Shown here one piece after another: positions 31,041-39,230 of a stretch of DNA of 64,000 nucleotides. The number at the start of each line of letters is the position of its first letter. Positions within the stretch are counted from its first letter, which is position 1. The notes under the pieces were generated by a model. It had not been told where the DNA came from and did no database searches. It saw only the letters and a list, made by a program, of their open reading frames with translations. Source of the DNA: Bacteroidales bacterium (GTDB taxonomy: Bacteria; Bacteroidota; Bacteroidia; Bacteroidales; VadinHA17); assembly GCA_034003345.1 (NCBI GenBank), contig JAVEYS010000007.1, forward strand, positions 3,593 through 67,592. Reading direction: 5' to 3'. The position numbers were made by a program, and so were the translations under genes.

Positions 31041-31063
31041 TCTCTGTTTTTTGATAACAAAAT

Positions 31064-31081
31064 AGGGGACTTTTGTCCCCT
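31064..31081 (-). promoter_or_regulatory. leader hairpin with U-tract in the rimP-nusA-infB 5'UTR (possible attenuator)
   Basis: On the minus strand AGGGGAC-AAAA-GTCCCCT is followed by AUUUUGUUAUC. It sits between the promoter box 31110-31117 and the rimP start at 31040. Confidence 0.45.
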
Positions 31082-31109
31082 AGGCCAGTCGTACCCTTCT
31101 ATTCAACTG

Positions 31110-31117
31110 CAAAGATA
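31110..31117 (-). promoter_or_regulatory. Bacteroidota -7 promoter box for the rimP operon
   Basis: The minus strand reads TATCTTTG. Confidence 0.45.
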
Positions 31118-31214
31118 ATATCATTTTTTTAATTATCAAGAGATGGAATAGGTTAAAAAATGACGGAGGCTTTGTATCTGAAGCTTTTATTGCCTGATTT
31201 TGGAAACAATTGAA

Positions 31215-31222
31215 TAAATTTG
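31215..31222 (+). promoter_or_regulatory. Bacteroidota -7 promoter box for the HD-lpx cluster
   Basis: TAAATTTG lies 22 nt upstream of the TTG start at 31244, with TTTG about 19 nt further upstream. Confidence 0.5.
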
Positions 31223-31243
31223 CGGACATAAAATTAAAACTGT

Positions 31244-32479
31244 TTGACAAATAAAAGAAAGATCATAAATGACCCGGTTTACGGATTTATCAGTATGCCG
31301 AATGATCTTGTATTTGATCTTGTAAGCCATCCATGGTTTCAGAGGCTTCGCAATATCAGGCAGTTAGGACTTTCGAGTTATGTCTACCCGGGAGCAGTCC
31401 ACAGCCGTTTCCAGCACAGCCTGGGGGCCATGTACCTTACCGGGCAGGCTATCCATACACTCAGGACGAAGGGTGTTGAGATATCTTCTGCCGAGGAAGA
31501 GGCGGTTCTGGTGGCGATACTGCTGCATGACATTGGACACGGACCCTTCTCTCATGCCCTGGAACACTCGCTCATTGAGGATATGTCTCATGAGAGCATG
31601 TCACTGCTTATCATGGAAGGGCTTAACAGGGTGACAGAGGGCAGGCTTGACGACGCCATTGCGATCTTCACGGGAGAGTACCCCAGGAGATTCTTCCATG
31701 ACCTGGTCACAGGACAGATGGATATGGACAGGATGGATTACCTCAGGCGCGACAGCTTTTTCACCGGTGTGATAGAGGGATCGGTTGGCTCTGACAGGAT
31801 AATCAGAATGCTGAATGTCTCAGACGACAGGCTTGTGGTGGATGAGAAAGGCATATATTCAGTTGAGAAGTTTCTTATAGCCAGGAGACTGATGTACTGG
31901 CAGGTCTATAACCACCGAACCGTTGTCTCAGCTGAGAAGCTGCTCACAAGCGTACTGCTGAGAGCCAGGGAGGTAACTGCTGCCGGTACAACGCTCTTTG
32001 CCTCGCCGGCACTCGCGTATTTTCTGCAGCCACCTCATAACAGGGGAACAGAAGAGGAGACAAGACTGCTCATGAAGCACTTCACAGCCCTTGATGAGAG
32101 CGATATACAATCAGCCACAAAGGTGTGGATGAGCTGCGGCGACAGGGTGCTCGAAGAGCTGTGCAGGCGCTTTGTCTGCAGAGATCTTCCTGGCATAGAA
32201 CTGCAGAAGAGTCCTTTCGATACAGCCAGGGTGGAGGAGACAAGGCAAAAGACTCAGAAGTTGATGGCCCTGAAGGACGATGAGATAAAGTTCTTTGTCA
32301 ATACAGGTGATGTGTACAACCAGACCTATGCCCCGGGTACACCGGAGGTGCGCATACTCCTCAAGAACGGAACAACGAGGAATATAACTGCTGTCTCTGA
32401 CCTTTTCGACAAAGAGGCGTTGTCAGAGAAGGTGACCAAATATTTTCTCTGTTACCCTAAGGAGATATTATCAGATTAA
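31244..32479 (+). CDS. HD-domain phosphohydrolase (dGTPase/SAMHD1-like)
   Basis: 411 aa. INDPVYGFI start, HSLGAM...LLHDIGHGPFSH HD motif. Confidence 0.8.
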   Translation: MTNKRKIINDPVYGFISMPNDLVFDLVSHPWFQRLRNIRQLGLSSYVYPGAVHSRFQHSLGAMYLTGQAIHTLRTKGVEISSAEEEAVLVAILLHDIGHGPFSHALEHSLIEDMSHESMSLLIMEGLNRVTEGRLDDAIAIFTGEYPRRFFHDLVTGQMDMDRMDYLRRDSFFTGVIEGSVGSDRIIRMLNVSDDRLVVDEKGIYSVEKFLIARRLMYWQVYNHRTVVSAEKLLTSVLLRAREVTAAGTTLFASPALAYFLQPPHNRGTEEETRLLMKHFTALDESDIQSATKVWMSCGDRVLEELCRRFVCRDLPGIELQKSPFDTARVEETRQKTQKLMALKDDEIKFFVNTGDVYNQTYAPGTPEVRILLKNGTTRNITAVSDLFDKEALSEKVTKYFLCYPKEILSD

Positions 32480-32491
32480 ATAATTACAGAT

Positions 32492-33529
32492 ATGGAATAT
32501 ACTGCCGCAATGATAGCACAGCTGCTTAACGGAACCGTGGAGGGTGACCCCGGAATCAAGCTGAACACAATAGCCAAGATAGAAGAGGGAAAGCCCGGCG
32601 CTCTCTCTTTTCTGGCCAACCCAAAGTATGAGCCCTTTATTTATACTACCGGCTCCTCGGCGATACTTGTAAGGAACGACTTCAAAGCTGCAAAGGAGAT
32701 AAAGGCTACACTGATCCGCGTTGAAGATCCTTACCAGTCTGTGGCACGTCTGCTGGCAATCTATGAACAGGCAATACCTGTAAAGAAAGGAATACACCCG
32801 TCGGCAGTGATCAATAAGAGCGCCAGTATAGGCAAAGATGTGTTCATAGGAGCATGCGCCGTGATAGAGGAGAATGCTGTGATAGAGGATGGCTGTAACA
32901 TATATGCCCAGGTCTTTGTTGGTGAGAGAGCCAGGATAGGGAAGAATTGCACACTCCACCCTGGGGTAAAGGTCTACCGCGATTGTGCCATCGGCAGCGA
33001 TTGCATCCTGCATGGAGGGGTAGTGATAGGCTCAGACGGCTTTGGCTTTGCACCGGTGGAGGATGGCAATTACATGAAGATTCCGCAGATAGGTAACGTG
33101 GTAATAGAGGATGGAGTGGAGATAGGTTCAAATACCTGCATTGACAGAGCTACCATGGGATCAACCCTGGTGCGGAGCGGCGTCAAGCTCGACAACCTGG
33201 TACAGGTTGCTCATAACGTTGTTATTGGCGAGAATACTGTCATTGCTGCACAGTCAGGTATTGCAGGATCGACAAAGATCGGGAAGAACTGCATGCTTGG
33301 TGGTCAGGTGGGTATAGTCGGGCACATCAGCATCGCCGACGGTTGTAAGATAGGGGCACAGTCAGGCATCATAAAATCTGTCACCGAGGAGAACACAACC
33401 ATTGTGGGCTCGCCTTCAATGGAAAGCAAAAAATTCATGAGAAGCTATGCGTGGTATATCAGACTGCCTGATCTCGGTAAAAAAGTTGATGAGCTGAAAA
33501 AAACAGTAGAAACATTAAAAAACAATTAG
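32492..33529 (+). CDS. lpxD: UDP-3-O-acylglucosamine N-acyltransferase
   Basis: 345 aa. Hexapeptide repeats, LpxD-like N-terminus, conserved lpx cluster context. Confidence 0.9.
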   Translation: MEYTAAMIAQLLNGTVEGDPGIKLNTIAKIEEGKPGALSFLANPKYEPFIYTTGSSAILVRNDFKAAKEIKATLIRVEDPYQSVARLLAIYEQAIPVKKGIHPSAVINKSASIGKDVFIGACAVIEENAVIEDGCNIYAQVFVGERARIGKNCTLHPGVKVYRDCAIGSDCILHGGVVIGSDGFGFAPVEDGNYMKIPQIGNVVIEDGVEIGSNTCIDRATMGSTLVRSGVKLDNLVQVAHNVVIGENTVIAAQSGIAGSTKIGKNCMLGGQVGIVGHISIADGCKIGAQSGIIKSVTEENTTIVGSPSMESKKFMRSYAWYIRLPDLGKKVDELKKTVETLKNN

Positions 33530-33641
33530 TTCCGGGAGAGCAGTCTAAATGAAATGGTTTGAACATCATGCAGATGTGAGGTTCTTCATTATGCCGTTCG
33601 GAAAAAAATTGTTTCTTTGCACGGTTGAAAAATAATCTGCG

Positions 33642-35036
33642 ATGAGCGAAAGACAAAGGACACTGGCTAATGAGGTGAGTCTCACAGGGAAGGGACTCCA
33701 TTCAGGTATTGATGTGAAAGTGACTTTTAAGCCGGCACCCGCAAACCACGGTTATAAATTTTGCCGGACAGACTTGCCGGGAGCCCCGTTGATAGATGCT
33801 ATTGCTGAGAACGTCACCGAGACGTCAAGAGGCACTACCCTGTTACAGGGTGAAGCCTCAGTGGCAACAATTGAACATGTGCTCGCTGCTTTTGCGGGCT
33901 TACGGATTGATAACGCACTGATAGAAATTGATGGGCCGGAAGCCCCGATAATGGGAGGGAGCTCCCGTATGTTTGTTGAGGCCATTAAGCGGGCCGGCAT
34001 CAATGAGTTGAAGGAAGAACGTAACTATTATGTTGTTAAAGAGAAGATTGCTTTTTCAGACGAAGAGCACGGGGTTGACCTGATAGTCTATCCGGATGAT
34101 CACTTCAGTGCCCATGTGTTGATAGACTATAACTCCAAGATACTTGGAAACCAGTATGCCATCCTTGACCAGATAGATGATTTTGAGACGGAGATATCGG
34201 GTAACAGAACTTTTGTCTTCTTTCACGAGCTGGAGCCGTTGTTCAGGATGGGACTTATCAAGGGCGGTGATCTTGAGAACGCAGTGGTGATTCTTGAGCG
34301 CGAGGTGGAGCAGGAAGAGATAGACCGCATTGCCACAATGTTTAACAAACCTGGCATAACAGAGCACCATGCCGGTGTGCTCAACAACACCAAGCTCAGG
34401 TATCCGAACGAGCCTGCAAGGCACAAGCTGCTGGACCTGATCGGCGATCTGGCACTGGTGGGACAGCCTATCAAGGGTAAGGTGGTGGCCACACGTCCGG
34501 GCCACTATTCGAATACCAGGCTGGCACGTCTGATAAGGCAGCAGATAAAGAGACAGACAACAAAGAGAGAGATACCTCTCCTGGACACTACCAAGCCGGC
34601 AGTGATGGACATCCAGCAGATAAAGAAGCTGCTGCCCCACCGCTTCCCCTTCCTGTTTGTGGACCGGATACTTGAACTGACAGACAGTCATATCGTTGGA
34701 ATAAAGAACACTACATATAACGAAGCTTTCTTTCAGGGTCACTTTGAACAGGAGCATGTCTTCCCGGGTGTCCTCCTGGTTGAGACTATGGCCCAGATTG
34801 GCGGCATACTGGTGCTTAACACTGTTGATGAGCCTGAAAAGTATTCTACCTATTTCCTTAAGATTGACAGGATGAAGTTCAAGCATAAAGTGATCCCCGG
34901 TGATACCATAGTGGTAAGATGTGATCTCATGGAGCCTATCAGGCGGAGTATAGTGATTATGTATGCACAGGCTTTTGTGGGAGAGAATCTGGTGGCTGAA
35001 GGAGAGCTGACGGCACAGGTGGTTAAAAATAAATAA
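33642..35036 (+). CDS. lpxC-fabZ: bifunctional UDP-3-O-acyl-GlcNAc deacetylase / 3-hydroxyacyl-ACP dehydratase
   Basis: 464 aa. LpxC N-terminal half (GKGLHSG, TIEHVLAA) fused to a FabZ hotdog domain (LPHRFPFLFVDRI, FFQGHF...PGVL). Confidence 0.95.
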   Translation: MSERQRTLANEVSLTGKGLHSGIDVKVTFKPAPANHGYKFCRTDLPGAPLIDAIAENVTETSRGTTLLQGEASVATIEHVLAAFAGLRIDNALIEIDGPEAPIMGGSSRMFVEAIKRAGINELKEERNYYVVKEKIAFSDEEHGVDLIVYPDDHFSAHVLIDYNSKILGNQYAILDQIDDFETEISGNRTFVFFHELEPLFRMGLIKGGDLENAVVILEREVEQEEIDRIATMFNKPGITEHHAGVLNNTKLRYPNEPARHKLLDLIGDLALVGQPIKGKVVATRPGHYSNTRLARLIRQQIKRQTTKREIPLLDTTKPAVMDIQQIKKLLPHRFPFLFVDRILELTDSHIVGIKNTTYNEAFFQGHFEQEHVFPGVLLVETMAQIGGILVLNTVDEPEKYSTYFLKIDRMKFKHKVIPGDTIVVRCDLMEPIRRSIVIMYAQAFVGENLVAEGELTAQVVKNK

Positions 35037-35042
35037 CGAAAT

Positions 35043-35816
35043 ATGATTTCTTCTTTAGCAAACATTGATTCCAGGGCTCAGATTGGTGAGGGTGTCACTA
35101 TTGAGCCGTTTGCTTCTATCTATGGTGATGTTGTCATCGGTGACGGCACATGGATAGGGTCAGGAGCTGTCATTTATGACGGTGCGCGGATAGGCAGGAA
35201 CTGCCGCATCTTTAACGGTGCCTCAATATCGGCTATACCGCAGGACCTTAAATTCAACGGTGAAGAGACCACCCTGGAGATTGGCGATAATACCACCGTC
35301 AGGGAGTTTGCAACTCTCAACAGGGGCACCCGTGCCAGGGGCATGACCACCATAGGCAGTAACTGTCTGCTGATGGCCTATGTACATGTGGCACACGACT
35401 GCGATGTGGGTGATCACGTTATCATGGTCGCACTTTCAGGTATTGCGGGAGAGGTTGAGCTGGGTGAGTGGGTGACCCTGGGCGGAGGAGTAATAGTGCA
35501 CCAGTTTGCACGCATAGGCAAGCATGCCTTTGTTGGTGGAGGAGCCAAAGTTCGCATGGATGTGCCGCCTTTTGTGAAGGCCGACAGAGACCCGCTGGCA
35601 TTTATGGGACTTAACAGTATAGGACTTGAGCGCAGGGGGTTCACCAAAGAGAAGATCCATGAGCTGCATGAAATATACCGTGCCTATTACAACATGGGCA
35701 TGACCGGCAGTAAGGCACTGGAGTATATTGCCGCGAATTATGCTTCGACACCGGAGCGTGATTACATCATCGATTTCATTAAGAACTCACCCAGAGGAGT
35801 GATAAGAGGGCGCTGA
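35043..35816 (+). CDS. lpxA: acyl-ACP--UDP-GlcNAc O-acyltransferase
   Basis: 257 aa. Hexapeptide repeats followed by an LpxA C-terminal helical domain. Confidence 0.9.
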   Translation: MISSLANIDSRAQIGEGVTIEPFASIYGDVVIGDGTWIGSGAVIYDGARIGRNCRIFNGASISAIPQDLKFNGEETTLEIGDNTTVREFATLNRGTRARGMTTIGSNCLLMAYVHVAHDCDVGDHVIMVALSGIAGEVELGEWVTLGGGVIVHQFARIGKHAFVGGGAKVRMDVPPFVKADRDPLAFMGLNSIGLERRGFTKEKIHELHEIYRAYYNMGMTGSKALEYIAANYASTPERDYIIDFIKNSPRGVIRGR

Positions 35817-35840
35817 GCCTTTTTTCAACCCTGAGGGGTA

Positions 35841-35883
35841 TAAAACACGAATGGGAACTATACTGTACGTATTTGTTCCCATT
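35841..35883 (-). terminator. hairpin plus U-tract, probable terminator of the minus-strand RNA gene
   Basis: Minus strand: AAUGGGAAC-N16-GUUCCCAUU, then CGUGUUUUAUA. Confidence 0.45.
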
Positions 35884-35911
35884 CCGGCGAGTGACAGCCA
35901 TAGCTATCATA

Positions 35912-36440
35912 GCCGCCATGCTACTGTTATTACAGCCGGTTCATCTCTCTTACTCCTTCCTTTCCGAGGCCTGTCGATATCCGCCGGATGGCGGACTGCT
36001 GACCTTGTTCCGGTGTCTTTTCTGCTTTCTGTAATCGCCTTGCGGTTTTTACTGATCACTTACCGGGACGCGGAGTTATGAACCCTTGAGACCTGACACT
36101 CCCCGAGGGGATAGCCGCTGTCATGCCCGGATCATCTCCATCCTATCCTCGCCGGTTCGGGTGGCATGATGATCCTCTCTCTTACCGGGCACATTTGCTG
36201 CTTTATTAGCTTTCAGCGTTGCATTTGTGTTGCTCTCACCTCGCGGTTGTTACACCGTCTGTTGATTGCCCCGTCAGACTGTCAGGATGGGAAGGCTTCT
36301 CAGCCTGCACCCGTGACAGACGCCTCCGGACCTTAGTCCTTCTGCGTGAGACTCTGAAGTTTGATGTTTATTCAGAGTGATAATTAAATCATTCGAAAGA
36401 ACCTTCATGCTTCAGAGCGACCCTTTATCGCTCACATGGT
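35912..36440 (-). ncRNA. rnpB: RNase P RNA-like structured RNA (type A-like, atypical CR-I); ends approximate
   Basis: ORF-free and hairpin-dense. Nine sequence blocks run collinear with E. coli M1 RNA, including GUGCCCGGUAAGAG, CCACCCG..GCGAGGAUAGG and GAACCGGCUGUA. It has its own TTG-N20-TATATTTG promoter, and a P1-like pairing is possible between 36434-36439 and 35916-35921. See findings. Confidence 0.55.
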
Positions 36441-36444
36441 AGAA

Positions 36445-36452
36445 CAAATATA
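36445..36452 (-). promoter_or_regulatory. Bacteroidota -7 promoter box (TATATTTG) with TTG at 36473-36475
   Basis: Perfect TAnnTTTG on the minus strand, with a 20-nt spacer to an upstream TTGAC. It lies downstream of the strong terminator at 36568-36604. Confidence 0.5.
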
Positions 36453-36567
36453 AACTGTTGGCCTATTCCTGTCAAGTATTTTCGCATATAAATACGATAA
36501 ATGAAGTAACAAGAATTACACAGTTTTATTAACAGGGCTAAAAGGTTGTATGATAGAGGTATACATG

Positions 36568-36604
36568 TAAAAAAACGAGGTTATCAACAACTGTTGATAA
36601 CCTC
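36568..36604 (-). terminator. rho-independent terminator of the DUF4139 gene
   Basis: 12-bp perfect stem GAGGTTATCAAC/GTTGATAACCTC with a 4-nt loop, followed on the minus strand by U7. Confidence 0.85.
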
Positions 36605-36632
36605 ATGTTCTTTAATAGGTTGTGAGTTATTG

Positions 36633-38243
36633 TTATTCAAGTACCACTTTCTGGTTTTTCGGATACTTCACGCTGTAAGTAAGGATGATCTCGCGGGTCT
36701 CGCGGGGCTGTATTTCAAGATCCCATGTGATCTCACCGGTGGTGTGGTTATGATTTCCCCCGGTAAGCTCAAGAGCCTCAACAGTGATGCTGCTGTTCTG
36801 TGGCAGGGGTATCTGGTCACGCAGCCTGACTGCTGCAGTATTGCTCTTATTGTTGCGGACAGAGATCAGGAACGATAATGTCTCAACCCTGTTGGCACCT
36901 ATGAGCTTCTGTGATGTATAATCGGTTCTGCGCTCGCGCTTCACAGTGATGTTGTTGTCGGCACCGAGTGAAACCGGGAGGGTATCAGTGAGCTCTGCAG
37001 TATTTATATAACCCTTGCCGGTAAATGTATTGTTGAAATAGATGTTTGACTCGCCTGCCAGCAGGTTGTATTTCTCCCAGTCGGTTATATAGCCCATCAG
37101 GTATGCTGATGTAGCCAGCTTGGGCGTGGCTGCATAGCTGTAGGTGGCAGGCACCGTCAGCCTCTGAAGCTCTACAGTCTCAGTCCTGCCCCCGGAAGCA
37201 ATTGTCTTTGGAACGGTTACATCAAAGGTGAAGCTGATATTAGACTCGCTTACCGTCACCGGCAGCGGGGCAGACTCAGCTTCCATTTCCATGGCATCAT
37301 CAACCGTCAACATCCTGGATACGGCCTTTGACTTTACCCCGTAACCTTTGACAACCACCTCATTGAGGGAAAAATCGCGATAAAAGTCCACAAACCAGGG
37401 ATTAAGTGTCGGCAATTCACCGGCAGTAAGCGGCAGGGCGTTGGAAAGGCTTAACTTCACATCCTTCCAGTCGATACCGCTGTTCTGCCATAGATTGGCC
37501 TTGTATATGATTACCGCAGGATCATTGATATCATCAACCCTGATGTCATATGACGGTCTCCATCCCGCATTCATCACCATATATGAGAACTTGAGCTTAC
37601 CTGTAACAGCCTTCTTGCCGGCGAGAGTGACCACTATTTCACCGGTGGGCATCTTCGACTTATCAAGGCTGCCTGTAAGCTGCTTCTCAAGCTGCTCCTT
37701 ATCTTTCCTGTAATCCTTTATTATCCTCTGCTTCTTAAGAATGGCCGTCCTGACCGATTCAATATTCGTCGAATAGATATCTATCATTGCCCTGAGCTGC
37801 TCAGGAGTGATGGCCGATTTGTTGGTGATAACGTCATAGTTCGACTTTAGGAACAGCTCCTTTTCTGTTAGAACCCCCATAGCTGTCTCCTCGTCCTCTA
37901 TCTTCAACTCCAGTATCTTGATCTTTTCCCGGAGGCTTCTGATTGCCTCTGATTCAGCAGGATTCTCCAGGTAGTTGTTACGGTGACTGACACCCATGAT
38001 CATAAAATCACCCTCTCCCCTGACCTGTATGCTGTTGGGATCAATATATGGGGAGAGTCCACCGGCCACATAATCCCAGGTACCTGCCTGAAGAGTGACC
38101 GGGATGTCACCGGAGAGCTGTGCTCCCTGCCTGAAGACAGTGACATGGCTTACAGGACACTCCAGATATCTCTCCTGCCCCTCAAGGGGCGATGCTGTGA
38201 TAACTAATGCAAAAAGTGCTGCAAACAGATACTTTTTCATCAT
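36633..38243 (-). CDS. DUF4140/DUF4139 (MuiA-like) secreted protein
   Basis: 536 aa with a signal peptide. Central coiled coil (EKIKILELKIEDEE...KDKEQLEKQL) flanked by beta-rich domains, as in the MuiA family. Confidence 0.6.
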   Translation of the reverse strand: MMKKYLFAALFALVITASPLEGQERYLECPVSHVTVFRQGAQLSGDIPVTLQAGTWDYVAGGLSPYIDPNSIQVRGEGDFMIMGVSHRNNYLENPAESEAIRSLREKIKILELKIEDEETAMGVLTEKELFLKSNYDVITNKSAITPEQLRAMIDIYSTNIESVRTAILKKQRIIKDYRKDKEQLEKQLTGSLDKSKMPTGEIVVTLAGKKAVTGKLKFSYMVMNAGWRPSYDIRVDDINDPAVIIYKANLWQNSGIDWKDVKLSLSNALPLTAGELPTLNPWFVDFYRDFSLNEVVVKGYGVKSKAVSRMLTVDDAMEMEAESAPLPVTVSESNISFTFDVTVPKTIASGGRTETVELQRLTVPATYSYAATPKLATSAYLMGYITDWEKYNLLAGESNIYFNNTFTGKGYINTAELTDTLPVSLGADNNITVKRERRTDYTSQKLIGANRVETLSFLISVRNNKSNTAAVRLRDQIPLPQNSSITVEALELTGGNHNHTTGEITWDLEIQPRETREIILTYSVKYPKNQKVVLE

Positions 38244-38311
38244 AATGTATTTTTTTGATAAAGATATTTAAAAAGAGCGGTTCAGTAAAGTGATGTAAGA
38301 TTACTCAGGTA

Positions 38312-38343
38312 CAAAAAAAATGCCGGATGATATTCTTCCGGCA
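38312..38343 (-). terminator. rho-independent terminator after the sigma factor gene
   Basis: TGCCGGA/TCCGGCA stem followed on the minus strand by U8. Confidence 0.7.
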
Positions 38344-38369
38344 GTCATTCCGCAAACCTCTGTTTAAAC

Positions 38370-38876
38370 TTAACCGTTGTAATCTCTTAAAACACTCATC
38401 AGTTTCTGACGGGCGAAGAAAATACGGCTCTTAACCGTTCCCAGTTTGAGATTCAGATTCTCGGCTATCTCTTCGTATTTGTAACCGTCAACATGCATTT
38501 GAAAGGGAAGACGGTATTCGTCATTTAAAGCGTTAATGGCTTTTTCTATCTCATTGCCCGAAAATGCCGATTCAGGAGAAATACTCCCTTTGTCAGAGGA
38601 GTGATTGAGGTAGTAAAGCTCCTGCGTTCCGTCCATCATCGTATTTTCCCTCATCTTGCGACGGTAGTTGTTGATGAAGGTGTTTTTCATTATCGTGAAG
38701 ACCCAGGCCTTGAGGTTGGTGGCATCTACAAACTTGTCCTGGTTCTGTATTGCCTTAAAAAATGTATCCTGAACGAGATCAAGAGCGTTGTCACGGTCCA
38801 GTGTAAGACTGAGGGCGTACTTCTGAAGATTGCCTTTCAAATCTATTATGCTTGTTGTGAATTCGTGTGCAGTCAT
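38370..38876 (-). CDS. ECF-type RNA polymerase sigma-70 family factor
   Basis: Sigma region 2 (DLVQDTFFKAIQNQDKF...AWVFTIMKNTFINNYRR) and region 4 (EEIAENLNLKLGTVKSRIFFARQKL). The TTG 38900 extension was trimmed to ATG 38876 because a promoter box sits at 38898-38905. Confidence 0.85.
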   Translation of the reverse strand: MTAHEFTTSIIDLKGNLQKYALSLTLDRDNALDLVQDTFFKAIQNQDKFVDATNLKAWVFTIMKNTFINNYRRKMRENTMMDGTQELYYLNHSSDKGSISPESAFSGNEIEKAINALNDEYRLPFQMHVDGYKYEEIAENLNLKLGTVKSRIFFARQKLMSVLRDYNG

Positions 38877-38897
38877 ATCTCTTTGAGTTTGTTGATA

Positions 38898-38905
38898 CAA
38901 AATTA
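38898..38905 (-). promoter_or_regulatory. Bacteroidota -7 promoter box for the sigma factor gene
   Basis: The minus strand reads TAATTTTG, 22 nt upstream of ATG 38876. Confidence 0.4.
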
Positions 38906-39230
38906 AACATAAAAATAAGGATATCCAAATCCGAATATCTTAAAATATTGTTAAAGTTTGAATCATGCTCTGTTTTCTAAGCAGTAAAATACAGATATAC
39001 ACAAGAATAGCTTGTGTCCGTCTAAATTGGGACATGGGAGTATTATTCTATTTCAGAACTGGATATCGCCCTGGTGGGGGAGAAATAATTGCGCCGTGAG
39101 ATAACTGGATATACGGTAAAGTGAGTGTTATAATGCCATAGAGGTGTATCGGATAGAATTTGCAGTGTTTTCCCTCATGCTAATGAGGGGACGGGATTTC
39201 TACTTTAATTATCTTTACAAAAAATGAAGT

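Noticed and set aside
35851-36081. 76-aa plus-strand ORF in the lpxA-downstream gap.
   Set aside because: Its composition (LLLLPFRGLSISAGWRTADL...) is not protein-like and I recognise no homology. It overlaps the hairpin-dense RNase P-like RNA region, so it is probably a chance ORF.
35817-36632. Alternative identities for the structured gap: tmRNA, SRP/4.5S RNA, cobalamin riboswitch, group II intron.
   Set aside because: There is no tRNA-like 3' end (GGUUCGAAUCC...CCA) or tag reading frame. The SRP GUCAGGUCCGGAAGGAAGCAGC core is absent. There is no B12 box. There is no GUGYG 5' end or domain V. The collinear RNase P blocks fit better.
39050-39125. TPP-riboswitch-like words (GGGGAG...GUGAGA...CUGGAUAUACGG) upstream of the hydrolase gene.
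   Set aside because: It lacks the ACCC...GAACCUGAUC core and the required helices. The resemblance comes from a 10-nt direct repeat, AACTGGATAT, at 39057-39066 and 39103-39112. The downstream gene also has no link to thiamine.
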